Assembly (NCBI RefSeq): GCF_009914755.1
Contig: NC_060925.1
DNA from: the human T2T-CHM13v2.0 reference genome, Homo sapiens
DNA: 64,000 bases
Strand: one strand, 5' to 3'
Shown one piece after another: positions 27,094-42,690 of this stretch; the first letter of the stretch is position 1, and each line of letters starts with the position of its first letter. The notes beneath the pieces are model-generated. The model had not been told where the DNA came from. It was given only the letters and a program-made list of their open reading frames with translations, and made no database searches. A program made the translations under genes and the position numbers.

Positions 27094-27522
27094 AATGAGC
27101 TAATTGCAGATAAGCCTTATTTCTCCAGTTAATGGGGATCCAGCAGGACCAGTGCTTGGCAACGCTTTGCCAACAGTTAGTTTGTATCACCACATGTTCT
27201 TGAAAGGAATAATGTAGCAATTCACTGAAAGCAGTCCCCTATATTCAGATATTTAGGTAATTTTCATTAATTCTCACTAGGCCTTAATTTTGGCATCTAC
27301 AAAGTAGGGGTAATGCCTATCTCATAGAGTTACTGTGAGGGGTTAATGAGTAAGTTTATGTCTGTAAATGGGAGGTAGATTCACTCTGGCCTTCCCCCAA
27401 ATTTGATCGAATGAGGAGATAGACTCTAGGCTCAGCTGCGGCTGGGGAGGACCAGGCATCCTGCTGACTGATTCAGCCAACACTGTATTTGTGGAATGAG
27501 AACAGCATCACCTTGAACCTGG

Positions 27523-27876
27523 TGTATTAGTCGGTTTTCATGCTGCTGATAAAGACATACCCAAGACTGGGAAGAAAAAGAAGTTTAATTGGACTTACAG
27601 TTCCTCATGGCTGGGGAGGCCTCAGACTCACAGCGGGTGGTAAAAGGCACTTCTTACATGGCAGCAGCAAGAGAAAATGAGGAGGAAGGAAAAGCAGAAA
27701 CCCCTGATAAACCCATCAGATCTCATGAGAGTTATTCACTATCACAAGAATAGCATGGGAAAGACCCACCCCCACGATTCAGTTACCTCCGCCTAGGTCC
27801 CTCCCACAACAAGTGAGAATTCTGGGAGACACAATTCAAGTTGAGATTTGGGTGGGGACACAGCTAAACCATATCA
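27523..27876 (-). mobile_element. THE1C-like MaLR solo LTR
   Basis: tgtattagtc...aaaccatatca termini; 5-bp TSD cctgg. Confidence 0.9.
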
Positions 27877-28019
27877 CCTGGGCTCTGCTACCAACTAGCT
27901 GGGCAACAGGGGGCCAAACTTCTCTAATCTCAAGTGTCTTCTGACAAATAAGCTGGGTGCATTTGCTTTGCAGTTTTAAGCCTTAAAAAAATTTTTTTTT
28001 CTTTGCTTGTTTATATTCT

Positions 28020-28820
28020 GCTGGAGAGGAAAAACTTTTCCTCTACTCTCTTTGGTTCAGTGATTGGAAGTCTGCAAATTAAAGTAACAAAAAAGATAGA
28101 TTCACAAGAGGAATGATACCATTTTTATTAATATTCATGTACCCAGGAGTTCGCAGAGAATTGAAACTCAAAGAAGTGGTTAGACTTGGGGACTTATATA
28201 CTCTTTTAAGAGAGGAAAAAAGGTTGGGGTTCAAGGGATAAGAAGTTATGGGAAGTAACTAGAAAATATATGGGGAAAATAACGGAAGATAAAGACTATT
28301 TGAGTGAAATCTGTTTATGACAAACTCATCTTGGTGTCAACTCCCAGTCTTTGATGTTAAGAGTCCTCCTCTCTCCTGGAACAGGAGTGTGAGGGAACCC
28401 ATTACTCAAAGAGAAATTTATGTCCTTCTTTTAGGCAGATAAGGGGAGGCCAGAGAATGCTTCCTTCGTCTGTTGAGCCTAAGTTTTCTTCATGTTTTGG
28501 AGTGGCATTTTTTTTTTTTTGGTAGACATGGGGTCTCACTCTGTTGCCCAGGCTTCAATGCAATCATGGCTCACTGCAGCTTCCAACTCCTGGGCTCAAG
28601 TGATCCTCCTGCCTCAGCCTCCCAAGTAACTGGGACTACAGGTGTGTACTGCCATGTCTGGCTAATTTTAATTTTTGTAGAGACAGGGTCTTGCTGCGTT
28701 GCCCAGGCTGGTCTCAAACTCTTGGCCTCAAGCAATTCTACCTCAGCCTCCCAAAATGCTGGGATTATAGGCATGAGCCACCATGCCCAGCCTTGGAGTG
28801 GCATATTCTGATCTCCTTCA
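28020..28820 (-). mobile_element. MER31-like ERV1 LTR interrupted by AluJ
   Basis: gaaactcaaagaagtggttagac..ggagtggcatattctgatctccttca. Confidence 0.6.
28509..28792 (-). mobile_element. AluJ
   Basis: Antisense Alu; TSD ttggagtggcat. Confidence 0.9.
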
Positions 28821-29204
28821 ATTTCAAGTGGAACTACAACCTATATAGCCCAGAGTTTTACTGGGTTGAGGGGGTCTGGCCCAGAGACAGAGTCCCCCAG
28901 CTGAGCTTCTCCCTTGACTAGGGGGTGGGACCTTGAAGCAATGCCATGGACCTCTAGGAATCCAGATGGAAAAACACTCTTCTCTCATTCATTTCACTAA
29001 CACTCACTGAGCACCCACCCAGCTTCAGATCCTGTTTCAAGCACAGAACAAATAAATAAAGAAAGAAGACCATTTTGGATAGTCAGAAATGCTATGAAGA
29101 CAATAAATAGGTGACACAACAGAGAGAGTCTTCAATTGGGGTTCCCAAGAACAGACTCTGAGAAAAGGGTTTGAGTGCAAAATAGTTCATGAAGGAGGTG
29201 ATTC

Positions 29205-29966
29205 TGATATAGGTAGGAGGCAGGAGGCAAGGAAATACTGGGTAAAAGAGGGCAGTTCCCCGGCAAAGGCCCCAACCTCAGGCCTGAAAACCCACAGCCC
29301 TAAATGAGAACAGGAATTTAGTGCCCAAATGTTACCTTTTGGCCTGCCATGCCCGCCTACCCTGTACCCATATAATTCCCAAACCCCAGGCTCCACAAGC
29401 AGACAAGCAGATGAACAAAAGAGCAAAGGAAGAGAAGAGTGGCACAGAAGAGAAGGAGAAAAGAGAAGGGACATCTGAACATTGAGAGAAGTTTGACTGG
29501 GGACAGTCAGAGAGGAAATCGACCATAGAATGGCCAAACTCCAGGGGAATATCTTCCCACTCCTTCCCCTTTCCAGGTCCCCATCCATCCTGCTGAGAGC
29601 CACCTCCATCACCCAATAAAATCCCCACATTCACCATCCTTCAAGTCCACACATGACCTGATTCTTCCTGGATGCTGGACAAGAACCCGGGTAGCAAGAG
29701 GGCACTGAGCTGGTTAACACTTAAGCCATCTTTGGATGGAAGAGCTAACAGACCACTGTAGACTACCCACTGGGGCTTTGAAATTAACAGGCATCCACCC
29801 CTAGATGCTACCCTGGGGCCGGAGCCCAAAAACACTCGCCCTGGTTCCTGCACCTGCCTGTCTGCGTGCTCCCCCTCCCATAAGGGGTTTGCGCATGTGC
29901 TTGAACAGACAAGACACACCCCTGCCACACATCCTGCGAGGTGTGTCGGGGAACTCTCCCATTTCA
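29205..29966 (+). mobile_element. ERV1 solo LTR (LTR1/LTR27-like) inserted in an older LTR33-like element (~29130-30350)
   Basis: TGA...TTTCA termini, 4-bp TSD ATTC, internal AATAAA near 29615. Confidence 0.8.
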
Positions 29967-30424
29967 ATTCCAAGAAACATGGATAGTGGAGTGTGGAGTA
30001 AAATAAGGAATGGAAAAAAATCACTAAAGAGTGTGTGTGAGACTCAATCCTGTTGGGGAAGTCAGGGAGCCAGTGCAAAGCCTACCTGAGTTATCCCACC
30101 AGAGAAGAGAGGGGATTGGGGTATTTAATCACTGGCTCCCATCAGTCAGTGTTTGAGAGCTGTTCTTGGGCAAGAGGGGAGGAACTGGAATTTCCTGACG
30201 CTTCTTCCTGCTGCATGTGGGCACCCAGAGAAAGCCCTCAGGCAGAGTCAAAGGTATTAAGACCGAGGGGCTGTACACAGCGTGGGGTCCCTGCAGAAAG
30301 TGTAGGGAAGAGAGGTACCAGCTTCAGTGGTGTACAACTGCTAATGTTTCTCTCCACTGGAATTCTTTTTCTCAGGGGTGAAGCAGAAGGAATGGACCAT
30401 GAGATGATGGCTGCTTTCTTTTCT

Positions 30425-31400
30425 CTTTTTCTTTTGAAGTAATTTCAAGTTAACTGGAGAGTGGCAAGAATAGTCCCAAAACCTTTTCTTCTGAACTTTT
30501 TTCTCTATGAGCAGATTGGTGACAGGATGCTTCAACACTCTCAAATTCTTTAGTATTTATTTATTCCCTGCAAATAAGGACATCCTCCCACACAACCACA
30601 ATACAACCATCAAAATCTAGAAATTAATATTGATATGTTACAACCACGCAACCTGCCAACCCCAACTATCTTAATAATGTCCTTTGCAGCAAACTAATCC
30701 AATCAGGGTCCTACATTACATGCATCACCAGAGGTCATTTCCGTCTCCTTCAATCTGCAGCAACTCCACTGACTTTCATGACCTTGACACTTTCAATGAT
30801 TTCTAGCCAGATATTTTGTAGAACATCCCTCCATTTGGGTTTGCCTAATGTTCCTCCATAATTAGATTCAAGTTATGCATTTTGGCAGGACTTATCACAA
30901 AAGTGCTGCTGTGTTCTTCTCATTGCATCCTGTCAGGTAACATGCAATTTTGATGTGTCCCATTACTGGCAGCATTGATCACTTGATTGAGGTAGCATCT
31001 GCCAGCTTTCTGCATGTAAAGTTACTCTTTTCCCTATATAAGTAACAAGTATTTTGTGGTGAGATATTTTGAGACTCTGTAAGTAACCTGTGCCTCATCA
31101 AACTTTCACCCACTGGTTTTAGTAGCCATTGATATTTCTTGGCAGAAATTAGTTATTACTATGATGGTTGCCAAATGGTGATTTCCTAATTTTATCATTC
31201 CTTCTACAGTTATTAGTTGGCCTTCTACAGTAATACCTTTCTCTTCCCCCCATTATCTATTTATTTATGTATATCCATGCGGACTCATGGACTTCTCTTT
31301 TATTCAAGGATTATAATCTCCTTTAACATAGTTTATGTTGAGGTTCAAATTGCTTCAGATCTGGCCAGTGTGCACGCCTTTAAGCTAGCTTCTGTATAGC
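30425..31400 (-). mobile_element. L1MC-type 3' fragment
   Basis: aataaggacatcctc..aaccacaatacaa..aattagattcaagttatgcattttggcagga. Confidence 0.65.
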
Positions 31401-31456
31401 TTTGTTCTGTAGGGGAAAAAAGAGCCACATAGGAACATGGTTAAAGATGAAGTCTA

Positions 31457-31839
<383 letters not shown>

Positions 31840-32004
31840 TCAATCATTCCAGGTCATTCCTCCTGAGAAGGCAGCAATTTGCACAGGACCTGGGGGATGG
31901 GCAATCTACTATAAAAAGGAAGCCAGGGATCTGGGTGTGGCACCAACAGCGCCTGCTACATGTCCATTTTCTCTAAGTTTGAATAGAACACATACTTATA
32001 TTTC

Positions 32005-32220
32005 GTTCAACTAAGTTTTTCTCTAAAGGACCAGATAGTCAACATTCTAGGCTTTGAAGGCCATATGGTCTCTCTCACAATTGCTTAACTCTGTCCTTCT
32101 AGCACTCAGGCAAGCATGGACAATATGTAAGTGAACGGGTGTTGTGTTTCTATAAAACTTTATTGACAAAGCAGGCAGAGGGCCAGATTTGGCCCATGGG
32201 CTATATTTCGCAGGTCCTTG
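32005..32220 (+). mobile_element. MER58A hAT MITE
   Basis: taaaggaccagatagt..ataaaactttatt..gggccagatttggccc. Confidence 0.75.
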
Positions 32221-32684
32221 CAGCCTCTTCTGCCAGGTTATAAGTCCAAACAAATTTAGGCACTTTACCATGATCAACTTATGGACATTCCCTCTAAAAC
32301 ACCAAGTTTCACCTGTGCCAGCCCCTCCCATTGTTTTTCAAGCCCTAAGTAAAGCCACCAAACAGAGCGGATGAGATCAGTTTTCTCCCAGTTTGGGACC
32401 TGGAACTGGATTAAGGAGCAAATTGGTCAGTCAAGGGTTCACACCCTCTAAGGACCCTGAACACATTACTGGAATCTTAAGGAGATGGAGAAAATTGAAC
32501 AGAGAAGCTTAAAAAGATGACAACATCACATGCAGAAGAATGAATTTGGATTCCTGCCTCACATTGTATATAAACATTCACTCAAAATGGATCAAAAACT
32601 TAAACGTAAGCCTAAAACTATAAAATTCTATAAAAAAAAAAAAGGCATGAATCTTTCCTACCTTGGATTAAGAAATGGTTTCTT

Positions 32685-33154
<470 letters not shown>

Positions 33155-33172
33155 CTATGCATCAAGCAACAC

Positions 33173-34051
<879 letters not shown>

Positions 34052-34903
34052 CTACTATCCAGAATATATAACAAATTCCTATAACTCAATAGTAAAAAAA
34101 ATTGAAAAGTGGGCCAACATTTTTAATAGACATATCTGCACAGAAAATATACAAATGGCCAACAAGCACACAAAAAGATGCTCAACATCATTAGTCATCA
34201 GGGAAATGCAAATTGAAACCACAAGATACTACTTCACATCCCCTAGGATGGCTACACTTTCAAAATAAAAAATAACACGTGTAGGCAAGGATGTCAAAAA
34301 ATCAGAACTCATAAATTCCTGGTGGGGGGGTAAAATGCAGTAGCCACTGTGGAAAATAGTTTGAAAGTTCATCAGAGAGTTAAATAGAGTTGCCATATGG
34401 TCCAGCAATTCCACTCCCAGGTATATACCCAAGAGAATGGAGAACATATGTTCACACAAAAACTTGTGCACGAGTGTTCATAGCAGCATTATTCATAATA
34501 ACCAAAAAGTGGAAACAGCCCAGATGTCTATCAAGTGATAAATGGATAAACAAAATGTGGCATAGCCATAAAAGGTAACAAAGTACTGATATACACTACA
34601 ACATGGATAAACCTTGAAAATATTATGCAAAATTTAAGGAGCTACACAAAAAGACCACATATTGCAAGATTCCTTTTATACGAAATGTCCAGAACAGGAA
34701 AAATGCAGATACACAGAACATATGAGTGGTTGCCAAGGGCTAGAAAGAAGGCGAAATGAAAGGTGACTGCTAATGTGTACAGAGTTTCTTTCTGGGGTGA
34801 TAAAAATATTCTAGAATTAAAAAGTGATGATAGTTGCACAACTCTGTGAATATACACAAAAAGAATTGCTGAGTCGTACACTTTAAAATAGTAAATTTGA
34901 TGG

Positions 34904-35280
34904 TGTGTTTGTGCATTTTCACACTGCTGTAAAGATACTACCTGAGACTGGATAATTTATAAACAAATGAGGTTTAATTGACTCAGTTCTGCATGGCTGG
35001 GAAGACCTCAGGAAACTTACAATAATGATGGAAGGTGAAGGGGAAGCAGGCACGTCTTGTATGGTGGCAGGTGAGAGAGAGAGAGAGAAGGAGGAAGTGC
35101 CACTTTTAAAACCATCAGATCTCATGAGAACTCACTCACTATCATGAGAACGGCATGAGGGAAACCACCCCCATGATCCAATCACTTCCTACCAGGCCCC
35201 TCCCTCAACATGTGGGGATTACAATTCGGATTACAATTCAAGATGAGATTTGGGTGGGGACACAGAGTCAAACCATATCA
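34904..35280 (-). mobile_element. THE1D/MSTA-like MaLR solo LTR
   Basis: TG...aaaccatatca; 5-bp TSD gatgg. Confidence 0.88.
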
Positions 35281-35992
35281 GATGGTATGTGAATATCTTA
35301 ACTTTTTAAAAAGAAATGATAGAGGCTTATTTTAGCTGACAAGCATTATTAATTACTCACGCCAGCAGCTCGTGCTGGCCCCAGCAGTAGTAGAATCCTC
35401 AATTTTTATCTGAATGTATGGCCATCTGGGATAAAGAGCTCCTTTCCCATAGCCTGTAGCTAGATGTGGCCAAATTCTGGCCTAGAAAAATTGCTGGCCT
35501 TCCCTCCCTAAGCAGGGAGGAAACCTGCCTTTTTCCACCCTTTCCCTTTCATATTGCCCAGAACATGCCATGATACTTGGTACTCAAGCAACTGTCCTGG
35601 ACCATGAATTGACAACCAAACATGGTGTTAGCAAGACAGAAGGAACGTAGGTCCCAGATATTGATGAACTGCCATGTTCAGTCCACTGCCTACCTTAGAC
35701 TTCTTTTACAGTAGAGAGAAATACACATCTTTCCTATTGAAAGAAGAAAGAAAAGATGACAGTGTGTATTTCACTCATGCATCTGCAATTTGCTCATGCA
35801 GCAGCTCATATCTGCACTAGTCAGCATCAGCTGGACTGGCTTGAAGCCTGGGAGCTAGAATCACCTGTGAGTGAACAAGACTGGAGGGTGATGGTGACTG
35901 TTGGCTGGGATCTTAGCTGGGGCTGTCAGAGAGAACACTTAAACACACCCTGTCTGTGTGACCTGGACTTCCTCACAACATGGTGACTGAGG

Positions 35993-36342
35993 TTCTTTTG
36001 TGGTTGTTTTTTGTTTGTTTTTGAGACAAGATCTGTTGCCCAGGCTGGAGTGCAGTGGTGCAATCACAGCTCACTGCAGCCTCAACTTCCCTGGGCTCAA
36101 GCAGTCCTTTCATCTCTGCTTCCCAAGTAGTTGAGACTATGGGTACCCACCACCACACTGACTATTTTTGGGGTTTTTGGGGTTTTTGTTAGCTTTTTTG
36201 TTTTTGTTGTTTTTTTTTTTTTGGTAGGGACAGGGTCTCACCATGTGACCCAGACTGTCTCAAACTCCTGAGCTCAAGTGATTCTCCCACTTTGGCCTCC
36301 AAACTTGCTGGAATTACAGGCTTGAGCCACTGCACCTGTCAA
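35993..36342 (-). mobile_element. AluJ nested in an MLT1-like LTR
   Basis: Antisense Alu; TSD gtgactgag. Confidence 0.85.
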
Positions 36343-36552
36343 AGTGACTGAGTTTTTAAAGGGAGAAACAGAAAGATCCCCGGGCAGAAATTGTATCACC
36401 TTTTATGACCTGGCTGCAGAAGTCATGCATTTTCACTGCATTCTATTCTTTAGATACGAATCCCTAGGTCTTGGTCGTTAGTGTTGTTCAAATAATCCAT
36501 ATCTTTACTGATTTTTTGTCAACTTATTTTATCAATTACTGATACCGGAGTA

Positions 36553-37125
36553 ATATGAGCTTTCTATTGCTGCTATAACAAACTGCCACAAAACGTGCAG
36601 CTTAAAACAACTTAAATGTATCATCATGCAATTCTGTAGGTCAGAACAGTTTGAGATGCGTCTTAGTGGGCTAACATCAAGGTGTTGGCAGGACTGCTTT
36701 CTTTTCTGGTGGCTCTGGGAAATTACCTGTTGTCTTGCCTCTTCCAGCTTCCAGAAGCTGCCTTCATTCCTTGGTTTGTGGTCCCTTCCACCATCTTTGA
36801 AGCCAACAATGGCAGATTGAGTCTATCTCACATTGCATCACTTGACCTCCTCTTCTTCCTCCCTCTTCCTCATTCCACTTTTGAGGATCCCTGGGATTAC
36901 ATTAGGCCAATTCAACCTAGGATAACTTCCCTATGTTGATGTCAGCTATTAGGTTGGTGAAAATAATGGCAAAAACCACAATTACTTTTACACCAACCTA
37001 GTAATTATCAACCTTAATTCTAGCTGCAACTTTAATTCTCATTCACCGTGTAAGGCAACAGATTCATGGGTTCCAGGGAGTAAGACATGATCAGCCTTGG
37101 AGGCCCATTATTCTGCTTACCACAG
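36553..37125 (-). mobile_element. MLT1 (B/C-like) MaLR LTR
   Basis: tttctattgctgctataacaaa..cttaaaacaac..tcaaggtgttggcagg..attattctgcttaccaca. Confidence 0.75.
36949..37001. mobile_element. Internally deleted MADE1 (Hsmar1 MITE)
   Basis: ttaggttggtg..taatggcaaaaaccacaattacttttacaccaaccta, flanked by TA. Confidence 0.8.
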
Positions 37126-37422
37126 GAATGCTGAAATCTTTGACCATAATTACATAGTTGTATTTCTTCTTGCAGTTCTATTAGTTTTTGCTTCATGAAT
37201 TTTAAGTCCTATTATCAGTTGCAAAAAGATTTAGGATTATCGTATCTTCTTGATGAATTGATCCCTTTTTCATGATGATATATTTCTCTCATATTTCTTG
37301 TCCTGAAATCTCCTTTGACTGATATTAATACAGCCACTTTGACTTTCTTTTGATTAATGTTAGCATGGTATATCTTTTTCATCCTTCTTTTTACTTTTGT
37401 CTTTATATTTAAAATAGGTTTT

Positions 37423-37570
37423 GGCTGGGCATGGTGGCTCATGCCAAAACCAATCACTAACACTAACCTATATTAGCACTTTGGGAGGCCGAGGCAGGAG
37501 GATCACTTGAGCTCAGGAGTTTGAAACCAACCTGGGCAACATAGTGAGACCTCATCTCTACTAAAAATAA
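37423..37570 (+). mobile_element. FLAM/AluJ left monomer containing a 29-bp non-Alu replacement
   Basis: Monomer only; TSD aaaatagg. Confidence 0.8.
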
Positions 37571-37585
37571 AAAATAGGCTTCTTC

Positions 37586-38265
37586 ACAAGAGATGCCAGC
37601 TCATACCAGTCAGAATGTCTATTATTAAAAAATCAAAAAATAACAGGTATTGGTAAGCCTGTGTAGAAAAGGGAACACTTATACACTGTTGGCAGGAAAG
37701 TAAATTAGTTCAGCCCCTGTGGAAAGCAGTTTAGAGATTTCTCAAAGAACTAAAAATAAAACTACCATATTCAACCCAGCACTCCCACTACTGGGAACCT
37801 ACTCAGAGGAAAAGAAATCATTCTACCAAAAGGCATCAGCACTCATATGTTTATTGCAGCACTATTCACAATAGCAAAGTCATGGAATCAACCTAGGTGC
37901 TCATCAATGGTGGATTGGATAAAGAAAATATGGCACATATACAGAATCCTACGCAGCCATGAAAAAGAATAAAATTGTGTCCTTTGCAGCAACCTGGATG
38001 TAGCTAGAGGCCATTATCCTAAGTGGATTAATGCAAGAACAGAAAATCGAATACCACATGTTCTCACTTGTAAGGGGGAGCTAAACAGTAGGTACATCCA
38101 GGCACAAAGATGGAAATAACAGACACAGGCAACTTCAAAAGAAAGGACAGTGACAAGGATTGAAAAACTACCAACTGGGTACTATGTTCACTGTTTGGGT
38201 GATGGGTTCAATAGAAGCCCAAGCCCCATAGTTACTCAGGCACCCACTGAATCTAAAATAAAATA
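37586..38265 (+). mobile_element. L1PA15-16/L1PB-type 3' end
   Basis: ccagtcagaatg..tattgcagcactattcacaatagcaaag..gaatctaaaataaaa. Confidence 0.8.
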
Positions 38266-39275
38266 AGTTTCTTAAAGACAGCATTTGATTAGGCCTTGCA
38301 CCCTTTTTTATTGAAACTGAAAGTCTGTGACTTTTAATTAGTATCATTAGACCATTTATATTTAAAGTAATTAACAATATGGTTGTGTTTGAATATTCCA
38401 TCTTGCTATTTGTCTTCCACTGATTTCATCTGTTATTTTTTCCTTATTTCCTCTTTTCCCACCTTCTTTTGCATTCATGTTTTATTATTTCCTTTTATTT
38501 CCATTCTTGGCTTATTAACTATATTTCCTTTTTGGTATTGTTTTGTTTTTCAGAGGTTGCTCTTGAGTTTACAATATACGTTTTTAACTTGCTGCCATTG
38601 AAAAATATTACTTCACACATGGGGTAAAAATCATAAACAGTGTTCTTTTATCCCACGCTCCCATCTTTTGTGCTGGTGTTATCATACATTTTATTTCTGC
38701 AGATGTTACAAACTCCAAAATACATTGTTATTTTTACTTTAGCCAGTAATCTTTTAAAGAGATTTAAAAACTATAAAAATATATATTTTATACTTATCCA
38801 CATATTTACCATTTCTGGCACTTTTTATTCCTTTGCATAGACCCAATTTCTATCTGGTGCCATTTTTCTTCTGCCTGAAGAAACTACTTTTACATATCTT
38901 ATAGTTCAAGTCTACTGGTGATTAATTCTCTAAGATTTTGTTTGTCTGGAAAAAAACTATCTTGCCTTCATTTAAAAAATTGTAGGTATTATTACAAACG
39001 GACAGATTGTTTTTATTTCATTATTTTTTAAATGTCACCTTAATAGTCTTCCAGATTACATAGTTCCTTATGAGAAGACTGCTTTCATTCTGATCTTTCT
39101 TATTTGATATGTAATGTGTCCCCTTTCCCTGGTTGCTTTTAGTATTTTCTCTTCATCACTGATTTTTAGTGATTGTATTATCATGTGACATAGCTTGGGT
39201 TTTCTTTACATTTATGCTTTTGGAGGCAGTTCATTGAGCTTTGGATCTGTGGATTTAGTTTTCATCAAATTTGAA
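38266..39275 (-). mobile_element. Old L1M fragment; continues 37125-37420
   Basis: ttagaccatttatatttaaagtaatt..ctggtgattaattctct..ttcattgagct. Confidence 0.6.
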
Positions 39276-39276
39276 A

Positions 39277-39621
<345 letters not shown>

Positions 39622-40560
39622 TTACCGGCTTCATGACTTCAGATGCATTATCTCTGTTTCCGAGCCTTAGAGATGAGCCTTAGAGAATAGCCCACTTCGT
39701 AAGGCTGCTGTGAGACAAAATGAGGCAGTACGTGCAAAGAACTTTGCACAATGCCTGGCACATCAACGACCTTGATGAATATTAGCTGCCGTAGAAAGAG
39801 GAATGGACGGTCCATACTGGCCACCAGGCTGCAAGTCTTATTGCTGATGTGCAGAAGAGAGTCGACTGCAGGTTGGCTCTCCACTGGGCCTTCTCCCTTC
39901 AGCCTATCTCAGCACAGTTTATATAACCAGACCAGCAAATTCAGGTTTCTCATCAGCACCTAGCACATGAATTTGTTTCTACATGGATTCCCGACATAAA
40001 ACACTGTCTGACTGAATAAAGGAAGGAAAGCTCATCTGGCTGATTCGTTTGTTGACTGTTTTTATACAAGTAACTCTTGCAAACAAGGGGAGGCAGGAAT
40101 CTCTATTTGAACTGACTTCTGTGTACTGTGGCCAGCTGGGATGCTGGCCAAATTTTCTAGGCTGGAAATGAAAAAGAAATATTATTTTCTTGTCCGTAGG
40201 AACCAATCTACCTTCAGGCCTGTGTATTTCATAAGGGTCACTGCTAGATTCCATATTTTGTTGATTTGAGGGAGTCTGGGGCAACATTCCAAACCTTTTT
40301 CTAAATGTTGTTAGCATTATTGTCCATGTAAATGAAGGTTTGTTTCATGGTTTCTGCTAAGATGACCATTTCAGATGGCAACCATCCCTCGTCATGGGCT
40401 GGTCCCCCTTTCATCACTAAAAGGCTGATAAGCCAGAGGAAGGCAGATGGTGCTGGGTACTGGTGGGCTCACAATTCCTGGCACAAAAAAAAAAAAAAAA
40501 AAAAAAAAGCAGAATGTTGCAGTCAGTCTCCCCTGGTGGTCTTGGTCACACTAAGACTAA

Positions 40561-40860
<300 letters not shown>

Positions 40861-41425
40861 CTAAGAAAGAGTTTTGAAAATGGAAGACAGAAGAATGAAA
40901 AAGCAATTATTGTTAACCCTCCCATTAACTGGGCCATGTTACAATGGAGGAGGAAGGGATCGCTTTGCACATAAGACACCTCTGCCCTTTCTTTGGTCGG
41001 CTGCTCACCTGGCCACTTTGGGGCTGGGACTAGAAACATCTTGTGACCAAGGCATGGCGAAAGGAAAAGGGTCACCTGCTCAGAGGAAGTGTATCAGGTC
41101 GTCTAGAAAACAATGGCACACTCATTTCTGTATATGCTGTGCCATGTTTTTGTCTCTTAAAAGGCCACATGCCTCCCCACTTTGTAGAGAATTTAGCAAG
41201 CAAGATCCTCCTCAAATTCATAGTTGCCGATGACATTTAGCCTGACTCCTGGGCTCAGAGCTCAGCTTGAGTGTTGGGTTTAAGAACACAGAAACAGTCT
41301 GTTCTCTTAAGCAGATCAACTACCATTCCCCTGCCTTTGGTGCATGCCATTGGTGCATAAATGATGCTAATTTAATCCCACATACATTGCCTAAGACTTA
41401 GCCTCCAACTGCTAGGGCTGGGTGG

Positions 41426-41429
<4 letters not shown>

Positions 41430-41461
<32 letters not shown>

Positions 41462-41505
41462 GGGAGGGGTGTGTGTGTGTGTGTGTGTGGTGTGTGTGTG
41501 TGTGT
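41430..41505. repeat. Compound (TG)n microsatellite
   Basis: Direct reading. Confidence 0.92.
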
Positions 41506-42439
41506 TTGGAGGTGAGGTACAGGGATAAAAAAAATAAAACACAGTGAATTCCTTTAAAATAAAACACAGTGACTGCCCTTAAAAACTCACCCCTGGAGAC
41601 CATCCAGCAGATGCTTTTAGGATGCTCAAGGCTGAGACAGCCAACAAATTGACCCCAGATTCTCCCTGTCACCCCCAGAGATTCATACTGCTGGGTTCCC
41701 TAGAGCGCCTACTGCCATCTTGTGGGAGCACAGGAAGCATGGAGGAAAAAGGACACATAGTTTGGGGGACAGTTGGAGATGTCCACACCCTCTGCCTCCC
41801 CCTACCACTTTCCTGTGTCACCAGGGTAACCAACACATCACCCACAGTCCCCGCAGGTACAGAAAGCCAGGCAGCCGGAAGGTGAACGCTGATGAAAGAT
41901 GCTATCTGGAAAACTAGTGCCAAGCCAAGCTGACATAATTAGCTGTATTTGTGGTCCTTGAGGTTTGGCAAGTGAGGATGGGGTGGGAGGAGAATTGGGG
42001 AGGGGGTATCTTCTTCCAAAGCCTCGGAATAAAGAGAGCAATTTGGATGGCTTCCAGTTAGCGATAGCAACTTTCTGAGTGGCTATCTAATTAGTGCCTG
42101 CCCAGCTTCTGAAAGACGGCTGCACACAGCAAATAAAACAGGGACGCTTGGCTTCCCCTTAGCTCCAGCCCATGGACTTTCAGGATGTCGACAGCTTCAG
42201 ATTCAGCATTCGTCGCCACTATTCCAATGCGTGGGGCCGTTTTTCCAAAAAAAAAAAAAAAAAAGTGTCATTCACATCATTGGTGTTTGGAGTGCAGCTT
42301 GATAATGTTGTTGACATCCCAAATACCCCAGAGCCATGTCAGAGAAGATGTTAGTTCTCTGAGGTTGATGGGGAAAGGAGGAAGATGGATGCAACAACAA
42401 ACATCCCTTTAATTGGTTTTAAATTTTCCAGTGAGCCAA

Positions 42440-42690
42440 AGTTTCTTCTGTTTGATCTTGAGCAAGTGGATTACCCTAGATTATTCTCAGTTTCCTCATC
42501 TGTAAAAGAGGGTTGATAATCAGCACAACCTGAAAGATTGCTGTGCGAGTCTATGACAAGGGTATAGTTTGGTAGATGTTCAGGAAATGGTCCATGATGA
42601 TGCTGACAATAACAACAATAATGGTGATGATGACAATTATCATGATGGGATGGTGACGATGATGGGGAAGGTGAAAATGACAGTGACGAT
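42440..42690 (+). mobile_element. MIR followed by (ATG/GAT)-rich low-complexity sequence
   Basis: tgatcttgagcaagt..ctcagtttcctcatctgtaaaa. Confidence 0.65.

Noticed and set aside
40485-40508. Isolated A24 tract (also an A-tract near 42247-42264) as a possible retrocopy tail
   Set aside because: No upstream AATAAA at the expected distance, no recognisable body and no TSD.
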